Assembly: GCA_044869275.1 (NCBI GenBank)
Contig: JBIOXB010000241.1
Location: 9,482-73,481 of the forward strand
DNA from: a bacterium
Lineage (GTDB): Bacteria; Zhuqueibacterota; Zhuqueibacteria; Zhuqueibacterales; Zhuqueibacteraceae
Length of the DNA: 64,000 bases
Reading direction: 5' to 3'
Shown here: positions 1 through 8,430 of the stretch, in pieces
Numbering within the stretch: the first letter of the stretch is position 1
How the letters are laid out: each line of letters begins with the position of its first letter
Translations under genes and position numbers: made by a program
Notes under the pieces: model-generated
Databases searched by the model: none
What the model saw: the letters and a program-made list of their open reading frames with translations, nothing else
Told to the model about the DNA's origin: nothing

Positions 1-1
1 A

Positions 2-328
2 ATGGAGGGCCGCCAGGAGAGTATAGTGATTGATATGGCCAACAGGCCGGATTTATCTCAAATTCAATTCTCGAAGCCGAAGTTGAAAAGCCCGGACAAG
101 TTCAAACCTACAACTGGAATTCCGGAAAAGTATTTGTTGGACGGATTACATCGGGGTCGCCGGGAGACCATAGCGTATGTGCAAAAGTCAGGTTTGAATC
201 AGTTGAGCCAGATCAGTTTGGACACGCCGTGGATTGGCGTGGTAAATGGAGGGGAATTTGCGGAATGTCTGGCGTATCACATGTTTAGGCATGCACAGCA
301 AATCGCGGCAGCCGGCAGCAAAAAATGA
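2..328 (+). CDS. DinB/YfiT-like protein, probably the C-terminal part of a gene cut by the window edge
   Basis: C-terminal 'YHMFRHAQQI' resembles the H-x3-H-x2-QI metal-binding helix of the DinB superfamily. Confidence 0.4.
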   Translation: MEGRQESIVIDMANRPDLSQIQFSKPKLKSPDKFKPTTGIPEKYLLDGLHRGRRETIAYVQKSGLNQLSQISLDTPWIGVVNGGEFAECLAYHMFRHAQQIAAAGSKK

Positions 329-481
329 GAAATTCACTATTGCTCGATTCTCTGTTATGTAAACTAAAATGCCGCTCACCAATAACGGGAACTACGGGTG
401 CTTCCCTCTCCCGGGTGAATGTGTGTGAGATGAATACATTCGAAAAAGATTCGGCAGGTAATTCAATGCGTTGGAACAGTG

Positions 482-555
482 TCGGGGCGGGCGGACTTGA
501 ACCGCCGACCTCTTGGTCCCGAACCAAGCGCGCTACCAAACTGCGCTACGCCCCG
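482..555 (-). tRNA. tRNA-Pro(CGG), CCA not encoded
   Basis: Minus strand reads CGGGGCGTAGCGCAGTTTGGTAGCGCGCTTGGTT-CGG-GACCAAGAGGTCGGCGGTTCAAGTCCGCCCGCCCCGA, with acceptor stem, D-loop TGGTA, anticodon CGG and T-loop GTTCAAG. Confidence 0.97.
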
Positions 556-559
556 AAGG

Positions 560-1246
560 CTACGCTTTCCAATATAATCTGATGAACCGCTTGAGATCTC
601 TCATGCCTCGTATATGGCTGGTTTCGCCATTGTAAATCGTCGCGATCGGCACAAATTCGATTTTCATTTTCAGCTTTCCGGCCTGTATGATGACCTCGGA
701 TTCAGTCTCATAGCCGAAAGTTGTCAACTCCAGCCTTTCCAGCAAGCGCCGGGAATATAACCGGTAACCCGATTGGCTGTCTCGCAGCGGTTGCCGGATT
801 TTCCAAGACAACAACCAACTGGAGAGGCGATTGCTGGCCACACGCGGCCAGGGCATGACGCGCCGATCAAAACTGCGGCATCCGATAATCAAATCCGCAT
901 TTGTTGCGCGAAATGCTTCTGCGAATTTCGGCAGTTCCTCCGGGTGATGCTGGCCGTCCGCATCCAGCGAGACCAGTGCAGAGGCTGGAGCCTTTGCAAT
1001 CACATACTCAAAAGCCGTTCTTAACGCCGCGCCTTTGCCACGATTGGACTCGTGCGTGAGGAGAATCGTATCGTACGCTTGCGCGACTGCCGCAGAATCA
1101 TCATCCGAACCGTCATTGATCACAATCGTTCTGCGCGGCTCGAAATATTGCATGACACCCTGCAAAACTTCGCCCAAGGTTTTTCCGGCATTATAGGCCG
1201 GAATCGCAATCATCAGATCTCTGAACAGTAATTGGGTATCGCTCAT
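560..1246 (-). CDS. Glycosyltransferase family 2 (DPM-synthase-like)
   Basis: IPAYN, INDGSDD, NRGKGAAL, DADGQH and DSQSGYR motifs; start trimmed to MSDTQLL. Confidence 0.9.
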   Translation of the reverse strand: MSDTQLLFRDLMIAIPAYNAGKTLGEVLQGVMQYFEPRRTIVINDGSDDDSAAVAQAYDTILLTHESNRGKGAALRTAFEYVIAKAPASALVSLDADGQHHPEELPKFAEAFRATNADLIIGCRSFDRRVMPWPRVASNRLSSWLLSWKIRQPLRDSQSGYRLYSRRLLERLELTTFGYETESEVIIQAGKLKMKIEFVPIATIYNGETSHIRGMRDLKRFIRLYWKA

Positions 1247-1301
1247 GAGGCGAAGCCGTACGCAGTTGAAAAACGACTTCAACAATAGGGAAAAAAGTCC
1301 T

Positions 1302-1515
1302 TTAATGCAAGGGGTTTGTTTGGAGGTTCGGCGCGCGGTCCATAGCCAGCGCAATGTCGGCGTGGCATTTCCGGCACGCCTGCTCCGTGATCGCGCGATT
1401 GCGCGGCGTGATCGCAATAGGAATGACCTTTGGCATAAATAAAAGTGTATCCACCAATCCCGGCAGCAGCGCCAAGAAGGACGCCGACAGCGACAATTTG
1501 AAAATTAAGATTCAT
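1302..1515 (-). pseudogene. nrfH: Internally deleted cytochrome c nitrite reductase small subunit (NrfH/NapC family) relic
   Basis: N-terminal TM 'GVLLGAAAGIGGYTFIYAKGHSY' is joined out of frame directly to 'ITPRNRAITEQACRKCHADI' (one CxxCH); the other heme motifs are absent. Confidence 0.7.
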
Positions 1516-1520
1516 AGAGG

Positions 1521-1658
1521 TCAAAACCCAAAATCCAAAGCCCAAAATCCAAATGAATCTCAGGTTCCAATCACCAACCATCCATCTTTTGGGCATCTGA
1601 AGTCTGGAGATTGGGGGCCATTGCCGATTGAATCTCATTGGATTTTGTGCTTTGCGCT
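1521..1658. repeat. Intergenic 7-mer-built imperfect inverted repeat (AAATCCAAAGCCCAAAATCCAA ... TTGGATTTTGTGCTTTG)
   Basis: The same arms recur at 12421-12515 and 21648-21753. Confidence 0.75.
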
Positions 1659-1682
1659 TTGATATTTCCCATCAAGGTTGAG

Positions 1683-3863
1683 TCACTTCGCGTGCCGCAG
1701 ATGCACCTCCACTCTGCGGTTGAGCATGCGGCCTTCGGGCAGGCGATTGTCGGCGAGTTGCGCACTTTCGCCATAGCCTTGATGCGACATGCGGCCGGGT
1801 ACCACGCCCAGTTGGGTCAATTCGCGCTGTACATTGCGCGCGCGCTTGATGGAAAGCTGATAATTGTGTTCGATCTCGCCGATTTCGTCGGTGTAACCGT
1901 TGAGCGCGCAAGCGGCGTCCGGCTCGGCCGCCAGCTTGACGGCGATCTGGCGCAATTTCGCGCGCAGCCGCGCCGAAGTGCGGTCCAATTCATATTCATC
2001 GAACGCAAACAGGATGAGGGGAATCTTTTCGATGTGCATGGTCGCGGTGCGCGTTTGCTTGCTGGCAATCCTCACCGCCGGTGTGTGGAACTCCTGTCCG
2101 GCACCATCCACCAGTCTCAGCGTGCCACGCACCTCCCTCCAAAAGCTGGACATGCGCTCGGGATCGAATTGCCAGTTCCACCAAATCGTGTCCGGCACAT
2201 TCGCTTTTCCGCGTAACACTTCAATGGTGTCGGAACGCGACATGATGGTGAGCTGCCAATGGCGCAAGCCCGCACCGGGTTGCAAGTTTTTCACGACAAA
2301 GCCGCATTGCTGTGGCAGCGCGTCGATTTCCTTTTTCTCGGAAAAGATGGGCGCGAAGATCGTTTCCTCCCATGCGGCCGGCACCACGAGATCGACGCGT
2401 TGCAATTCTTCCAAGCGCAAGGGATCGTGCGTCGAAGCTTCGGCAATTTCCGGCTGGCCGATTTCTGCGCGCACTTGCCGCGCCTCGACCTGCAAAACGT
2501 TGACGAGATGGTCGCGCACATACTGCGCGCGCTGCCGCGATATTTCTTGGGGGTTCATTTCCACCGGCGCGCCGGGACTGAACCCGCGCACGGCCACCAC
2601 AGCATCGGGATGTGCCCGCAAACGATCGGCAACGATGTTGAGCAAATTTCGATACGCCGAGTTGATCTCGCGCACGCTTTGATAGAATTTTGCGCTTTGT
2701 GTTTCCGGCAGCAAATCATAACGCGAGGGCGCCAGCGTGTAGGAGTCTTTGCCAAAGAACACCCGCGGAATCAATGGCAGCTCTTCGCGAATCTCGCGCG
2801 ATTCGGTGATCACCACGGTATCCACCGTGGCCTGCAAACCAGCAAACAATGGCGGCGTCTTCGCCATGATCAAATTGACGTTTGCTTCGTCTTGCTCACG
2901 AAGTCGAGTCGCAGCCTCCTCCCGGCTGGTTTTCGGCTTGAATTCGTACTGCAACCCGAATTCGTGCGAGCCGGCGCTGACCAAGTTCAAATCGCTCGTG
3001 GGCAAATTGAAACTGTAAAACAAAGAAGCGTTCCGGCGCAGCACCAATTGCCCGTCGAGCGCGGCATTGTTCAGGGCAAAACCCAGGCGCAGCCGGCCGA
3101 TCGCTTGATCGAAAAACTCCGCGCCCAGAATCGGCCGGAACTGGTTTTGCCAGTAATGCGCACCCAGATCGACACGGGCAAAGTTTTTGGTCAAGCCGAG
3201 GCCCAATATTGTCTCGAGCGGCTGCCGAAACTCGCTGCTGCCCAGAGAAATGCGGGGCTGGGTGAAATGCCGCAACGCTGCCGCCAGGCTGATCATGTCA
3301 TTGCATTGATAAATCGCGCCGACGCTGGGATCGAAGACGGAAATGCCATTGCCCTTTTGAAAAACTGGGTCGCGGGGATCGACGCCGTCGAAATTCTCGG
3401 AGTTGTAACTGCGCGAGTGGAGCGCAAGATCGATGCCGAAATGAAGCTGAGCATTGAAGCTTTTCGCCAACGCCAAACCAAAAATCGATTCCGCATAAAG
3501 TGGGGTGGAAAAGTACTGGCTATGAAAGCCCGCTGCAATTTGCCAGGCGGTGAATTTTGGGGAGGAAATATTGAACCGTGAGGATTTTAATCCGAACGTA
3601 TTGTTCTCCAAAATGCCGGGATAAATCAATTTCAGCCCGAGATACGTGCGCGGCAGTGTGGCTGCGGCAACTGCGGGGTTGACATACAGCGCCCGTGGGT
3701 CGCTGGTATTGGCGGGGTTCACTGCGATGGCCAATTGGCCAAATGCAGTTTCGTGCTGGAAAATTAAAATTCCCCAAACCAAAAGCGCAAAGCCTCCAGC
3801 ACCACGCCCAGTGGCGCTATGGCTTCTTTTCCGCACGCGGTTGATGTGCACTGAGGTGTTCAT
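1683..3863 (-). CDS. PorP/SprF-like beta-barrel fused to OmpA-like peptidoglycan-binding domain(s)
   Basis: Signal peptide; barrel region with 'YVNPA ... GSHEFGLQYEF'; degenerate OmpA-like domain 'LNIVADRL...ISRQRAQYVRDHL'; canonical C-terminal OmpA_C 'GYTDEIG...LSIKRA...GRMLNRRVE'. Confidence 0.75.
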   Translation of the reverse strand: MNTSVHINRVRKRSHSATGRGAGGFALLVWGILIFQHETAFGQLAIAVNPANTSDPRALYVNPAVAAATLPRTYLGLKLIYPGILENNTFGLKSSRFNISSPKFTAWQIAAGFHSQYFSTPLYAESIFGLALAKSFNAQLHFGIDLALHSRSYNSENFDGVDPRDPVFQKGNGISVFDPSVGAIYQCNDMISLAAALRHFTQPRISLGSSEFRQPLETILGLGLTKNFARVDLGAHYWQNQFRPILGAEFFDQAIGRLRLGFALNNAALDGQLVLRRNASLFYSFNLPTSDLNLVSAGSHEFGLQYEFKPKTSREEAATRLREQDEANVNLIMAKTPPLFAGLQATVDTVVITESREIREELPLIPRVFFGKDSYTLAPSRYDLLPETQSAKFYQSVREINSAYRNLLNIVADRLRAHPDAVVAVRGFSPGAPVEMNPQEISRQRAQYVRDHLVNVLQVEARQVRAEIGQPEIAEASTHDPLRLEELQRVDLVVPAAWEETIFAPIFSEKKEIDALPQQCGFVVKNLQPGAGLRHWQLTIMSRSDTIEVLRGKANVPDTIWWNWQFDPERMSSFWREVRGTLRLVDGAGQEFHTPAVRIASKQTRTATMHIEKIPLILFAFDEYELDRTSARLRAKLRQIAVKLAAEPDAACALNGYTDEIGEIEHNYQLSIKRARNVQRELTQLGVVPGRMSHQGYGESAQLADNRLPEGRMLNRRVEVHLRHAK

Positions 3864-4175
3864 GCCTGAGTTCTGCTTTTGTGGGCGATAAATTCTCTTT
3901 GGTTCCTGCTCGGATTATGTTAATCCAATTTCTTAAAAAAGCAAGCTCCCATTTTCAGAAAAACAAAAGGTGATTGCTCTCAAGGAGCAATCACCTTTCT
4001 TCACAACGCGTTACTTTTTACGAAAATAATCCGTGCAGCGTAGTGCGTAAAGCGCTTCAACCTGTTTGGTTGCAGGGCAGAATACGCAGCTCCCTACCTC
4101 GCCCCCGAAAAGCAGGGATCTTGCCAATTGTACACCGATTGCCCGCCGATCACGAGGTGATTCTTGCCGCAAGCG

Positions 4176-4577
4176 TCATTGCAGTTCCCAAGTATTCCCG
4201 GTTTGCGTTTGCATCCGCAGTGCGCATTTATCTGAGACCGCCTTGAAAGTCAGAATGTTGCCGTCAAACTCATAAGTATAAGTGCCCCTCTCCGCGCCGT
4301 TACACGTCTGGAAACTGCCCTCGAGTACGATCGCATTCTCGTGCAATGTATAGGTTCCTTTCTTGACGATCGGCGTCTGATCCAATAAGATGGTATAGGT
4401 GAAATCGTCCCTGAATATCTCCTCCCATTTGCCGTCACTGCTGCTTGCCGCAAAGGCCCCAATAGGGAAAGCGTTCCCTTGGATCGAATGCGCTACCGGA
4501 GCCTTTTCACTGCAGCCGGCTGAGAACAAGACCATCGCCTGCAAAATGACAAGCGAAAATTTGATTGAAGCTTGCAT
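4176..4577 (-). CDS. Small exported lipoprotein of unknown function
   Basis: Hydrophobic signal ending 'FSAGC', beta-rich mature part, GAGGGG RBS upstream. Confidence 0.7.
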   Translation of the reverse strand: MQASIKFSLVILQAMVLFSAGCSEKAPVAHSIQGNAFPIGAFAASSSDGKWEEIFRDDFTYTILLDQTPIVKKGTYTLHENAIVLEGSFQTCNGAERGTYTYEFDGNILTFKAVSDKCALRMQTQTGNTWELQ

Positions 4578-4628
4578 GATACACCCCTCTGTGAATGGTG
4601 AAAGTCTTAGCCGGTCACGTTTTTTGAA

Positions 4629-4644
4629 CTCCAAAAACATGCCA
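4629..4644 (-). promoter_or_regulatory. Putative sigma-54 (-24/-12) promoter of the lipoprotein gene
   Basis: TGGCAT-GTTTT-TGGA versus consensus TGGCAC-N5-TTGC; 52 bp upstream of the ATG; near a sigma-54 activator gene. Confidence 0.5.
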
Positions 4645-4777
4645 CAAAACAAACACGCCACTCAGGCTGGTCATCGACTAACCTAAGTGGCTTGTCTAAA
4701 ATTAAGTTGCCGACGGTTGAACCAGAACCAGCAGTCTGCCCAGCGAAGATTAAGTCGGGAAAAGAGTGCGTAAAATC

Positions 4778-4792
4778 TCGTAAATCATACGA
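4778..4792. promoter_or_regulatory. Putative enhancer (UAS) palindrome TCGTAAATCATACGA
   Basis: Near-palindrome 134 bp upstream of the -24 box; matches the perfect palindrome at 5319-5333. Confidence 0.5.
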
Positions 4793-5026
4793 ACACGTTA
4801 CGACTGCCTTACGACTTTATGGTTATTGACTTTAGTCGGCCCACGAGACCAAGGCAAAGGCCACCTATCATTCTCAGCTACACGCCATTTTAACGCTCAA
4901 AAATGCGGCCTTCGCCAACCATTTCCGCAGGCGGTGAGATGGAAAGCGGCTACAAAGAATACGAGGAATGACCCAACCCTGTTCTTCATGATTCCCCTCC
5001 ATGAGTTTTGACACGCGTTTTGTAGC

Positions 5027-5121
5027 GTCATTCCTGCAAACGCAGGAATCTCCTGTTTCAAGCATTAGATCCAGAAATCTAATCAAGGAGATTCCGTCCC
5101 GAAGTCTCGGGGCGGAATGAC
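5027..5121. repeat. Palindromic repeat element GTCATTCCTGCAAACGCAGGAATCTCC ... GGAGATTCC ... GGAATGAC
   Basis: Terminal GTCATTCC/GGAATGAC inverted repeats with nested hairpins, resembling REP/RPE/dRS3-type elements. Confidence 0.7.
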
Positions 5122-5170
5122 AGTCGAGGACTGGTGAGTTATAATAGCAGTTCCCCTCGAAATCATTGCC

Positions 5171-5186
5171 TTCAAAAAATATGCCA
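5171..5186 (-). promoter_or_regulatory. Second putative sigma-54 promoter (no intact target gene downstream)
   Basis: TGGCAT-ATTTT-TTGA within a block homologous to 4629-4792. Confidence 0.55.
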
Positions 5187-5318
5187 TAAAACGAACAAGC
5201 CACTTCGACCGGTCATCGACCAGCTTAAGTGGCTTGTTTGACAATCAATTGCAGATTGTCCTGCTAAAGTCAATAACTCGGCGCGCCGCGCTACATTCGG
5301 GAAAAAACCCTGCGAAAT

Positions 5319-5333
5319 TCGTAAGTCTTACGA
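5319..5333. promoter_or_regulatory. Putative enhancer (UAS), perfect palindrome TCGTAAG-T-CTTACGA
   Basis: Perfect 7-bp arms, 133 bp upstream of the -24 box, immediately after the activator stop codon. Confidence 0.55.
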
Positions 5334-5338
5334 CGGCT

Positions 5339-6907
5339 TTACGGCTTTTTGATGCCGTATTTTTTCATTTTGTGACGTAGAGTGCTCTCGTGAATGCCCA
5401 AAACCTTTGCGGCAGCGGATTGATTCCAATGGTGTCGTGTCAGCGCTTCGAGCAAGCTGGTTTTTTCGCGGGCTTCACGCATGGCTCTTGAAACCGTCGC
5501 CGTTTGCTGCTGCAGCGGGGAAATCGCCGGCGCGGCTGCTTGCAGTTGCAGCTCCATCGGCAGCAGCTCCGGGGGAATAAAATCGAGATTCTGCTCGGCG
5601 AGAATAACCATGCGCTCGACCACGTGCTCCAGTTCGCGCACATTGCCGGGCCAGGCATGACTTTCTAATAGAACCATGGTCTCCGGCTTGAAGCCATCAA
5701 TTTTCTTTCTGTGCTTTGTCGCCATTTCATTGAGAAAATGGTTCGCGAGCATGGCGATATCTTCCTTTCTTTCGCGCAAGGGCGGCAGCGGAACATTGAC
5801 CACATGCAAACGAAAAAACAGGTCTTGCCGAAACCTGCCAACGGCAACTTCAGCGCGCAAATTGCTGCTGGCTGCCGCGATGATACGCACATCCACCTTG
5901 CGCGTTTGCGTGCTTCCCACCGGGCGAATCTCGCCCTCCTGAATGGCACGCAAAAAACGGCTTTGCGTTTCCAGAGGCATATTCACAATCTCATCCAGAA
6001 AAAGCGTTCCGCTATGCGCGGCTTCAAACAACCCCTTGTGATCGCTCATCGCGCCGGTGAATGCGCCTTTGATGTAGCCGAATAGTTCGCTTTCCAGCAA
6101 ATTCGCCGGCAGCGCGCCACAATCGACGGCGATAAACGGGCCGTTCTTGCGCGGCCCGTTATAGTGAATGATGCGCGCCACCAATTCTTTGCCCGTGCCA
6201 TTCTCGCCTTCCAGGAGAATCCGGCCCTCGGTCGGAATGACCTTATCCAGCAAGGTAAACATCTCCTGCATTTTAGCACTGTGGCCGATGAGGCCATGAA
6301 ACGAGTATTTGTCCTGCACCTCCCGGCGCAGGCGCGCGGTTTCAGCAAACAGGCTCTCATGCAAACGGGCATGCGCTACGAATTGCGTGCACGGGGTTGC
6401 CAGAATCTGCAGCAGTAACAATTCTCTTTCTCCAAAAACACCTTCGGGCGTGAGCGCAATCATATTGATCACACCGAGATCATGGCCATGCCACTTCAGG
6501 GGAACGCTCAAGATTGAGGTAACGTCATGATACTTTGCCGGTAAATTCTCCGGCCCGAACGTCGCGAGCACGTCATTGGTCAAAAGCGCGTGGCCGCGCT
6601 GCGCAATCCACCCGGCCAGAAGGCGATTGAGATAATGATCCAGCTTGTTGCCCGCAACCTCGCCATGGCGAATAAGTGTCTTGGCCACTTCCCGGCTGGT
6701 GGGCTCGAAAAGCATGATCGAACCTTGCTGCGCACGGCATAAGCACATGGCCTCGTCGATGATGCTTTTCAGAATCTCATCCACTTGCAGGGAGGAGCAA
6801 ATGGTTTGCAGCACGCGATGGAGGCGTTCGTAGTCGCGAATCTGCTCTTGCCAGCGTTGGTTTTGTGCCGGCAGGTTTTCTACGTCGAGGTCCATGGATT
6901 TTCCCAT
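5339..6907 (-). CDS. Sigma-54-dependent enhancer-binding protein (GAF + AAA+ + Fis-type HTH)
   Basis: GENGTGKE Walker A, ESELFG, GAFTGA, LFLDEI, WPGNVREL, C-terminal HTH 'NQSAAAKVLGIHESTL'; N-terminal GAF; start uncertain (6895 or 6907). Confidence 0.95.
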   Translation of the reverse strand: MGKSMDLDVENLPAQNQRWQEQIRDYERLHRVLQTICSSLQVDEILKSIIDEAMCLCRAQQGSIMLFEPTSREVAKTLIRHGEVAGNKLDHYLNRLLAGWIAQRGHALLTNDVLATFGPENLPAKYHDVTSILSVPLKWHGHDLGVINMIALTPEGVFGERELLLLQILATPCTQFVAHARLHESLFAETARLRREVQDKYSFHGLIGHSAKMQEMFTLLDKVIPTEGRILLEGENGTGKELVARIIHYNGPRKNGPFIAVDCGALPANLLESELFGYIKGAFTGAMSDHKGLFEAAHSGTLFLDEIVNMPLETQSRFLRAIQEGEIRPVGSTQTRKVDVRIIAAASSNLRAEVAVGRFRQDLFFRLHVVNVPLPPLRERKEDIAMLANHFLNEMATKHRKKIDGFKPETMVLLESHAWPGNVRELEHVVERMVILAEQNLDFIPPELLPMELQLQAAAPAISPLQQQTATVSRAMREAREKTSLLEALTRHHWNQSAAAKVLGIHESTLRHKMKKYGIKKP

Positions 6908-6976
6908 AAATAATACAGGAAGTCGGGCTGGACGTGCCGATTTGAGGCTCGCTGTAAGGTCGATCTCGCCCAAGCC

Positions 6977-7033
6977 TCACTTCATTTTGTTTATAACGCT
7001 TTTCTTGAAGTGCGAAATGGTTTGGCCGATCAT
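6977..7033 (-). pseudogene. 18-codon stub of a third Ser/Thr kinase gene (MIGQTISHFKK...)
   Basis: Same MIGQTISH start and ATGA stop/start overlap as at 8427-8430. Confidence 0.7.
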
Positions 7034-8430
7034 TTGACCCTCGCCCTTTTCAACATTGCCAGCCGTGCCTTGGCATCGCTCGGTTCTGGCCAGTCTTTAT
7101 CGGCACTCTTCCAAATGTTGAGAAATCTCTCATATCGTTCAATGGCTTTGGCGGTTTTGCCGGTTTGTTCGTACAGCTTGGCCAATCTGTAATGAAATCT
7201 CGCCGGAATGAGGCGGCGATCATTGAGTGCCAGTATTTGATTGAATTCATTTATCGCTTTGTCATACATTCTTTTGACGTGATAACGGCCAGCCAGGTTG
7301 CCGCGCGCGCGAATCTCTTTGGGGTACTTCAGCACAATTTGTTCGAGCAGGGAGTCTGACTTTTGTGGATTCTGTTCGATACTACGGGCATAGGAGCTCT
7401 CGATAAAAAGCCTTTCTCTTTCTGAAATCGGCACTTGCGTCGCTTCTATTTTGCGTTCGGATAGCCCGGCGCCGCGCGAAATTTCCCGGCTCAAGGCGTC
7501 AATCTGAGTCTTGAGAATGCTGGCCACGCCTTCACCTTTGGCGCTGGCGCTGGTTAAGATTTTTTTGGTGCTCACCTCCAGAGCTCTCACATTCGTGGCG
7601 AACATGTCACTCGCTTTCACAGTTGTATGTGCTATCCCCAGTTTGATTTTCGAAGCTGATCACCGCAATGGGCTTGGGTGCGGCAAGTGCTTCGCTCTCA
7701 AATAGACGCGGTTTGAACCCAAAAGGTCGCCAAACCAGAAGCAGCGCTATCCCCGCCGTTGCCGCACCCCATTTGATTTTTTTATTCCTCAATAGTTTGT
7801 CCGCGGTACTGGGCAATCGCGGGTGCACAAGCGTTTCGGCTCCTTTTGCCACGTGCAATATATCTGTACGGTTATCTACCTCCTCCCCGCGCGCTTGCTC
7901 CGGCGACATGTAAGCCATTGTGCCCACCGTCGAGCCAGTCTTGGTGAGCCGCGGCTGGCCGGATAATTTTGCCAGGCCAAAATCGAGAATCCTGGCTACA
8001 CCTTCGTTCGTGACGATCACATTGGCGGGCTTGAGATCACGATGAATTATCCCATGCGCATGCGCTTTTGCCAAACCTTGTGCAATTTGAATCGCAATTT
8101 CAATGGCACTATCCACGATCCACGAACCACTATCCACTTTTTTTGCAGCGTCTCGCCTTCATAATACGCCATGGCGATGAACATCTGCCCGTCTTCAGAT
8201 TCTCTGATTTCATGAACGGTGCAGATGTTGGGATGATCCAGCGCTGAAGCGGCTTTGGCTTCTTGGACGAAGCTCATCTTTTCTTGTTGGTTTGCGAGCA
8301 GATGATGCGGCAAGAACTTGAGGGCGACGAAGCGGCCGAGCTTCAGGTCCTGGGCTTTGTAAACCACGCCCATTCCTCCTTCGCCAAGTTTGGCCAAGAT
8401 CTTATAGTGCGAAATGGTCTGGCCGATCAT
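7030..8430 (-). pseudogene. Degenerate paralog of the kinase-TPR gene with a frameshift and four internal deletions
   Basis: Colinear fragments matching 8427-11411; A7 versus A8 frameshift at 8138-8144; deletion junctions near 7860, 7621, 7425 and 7222. Confidence 0.85.
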
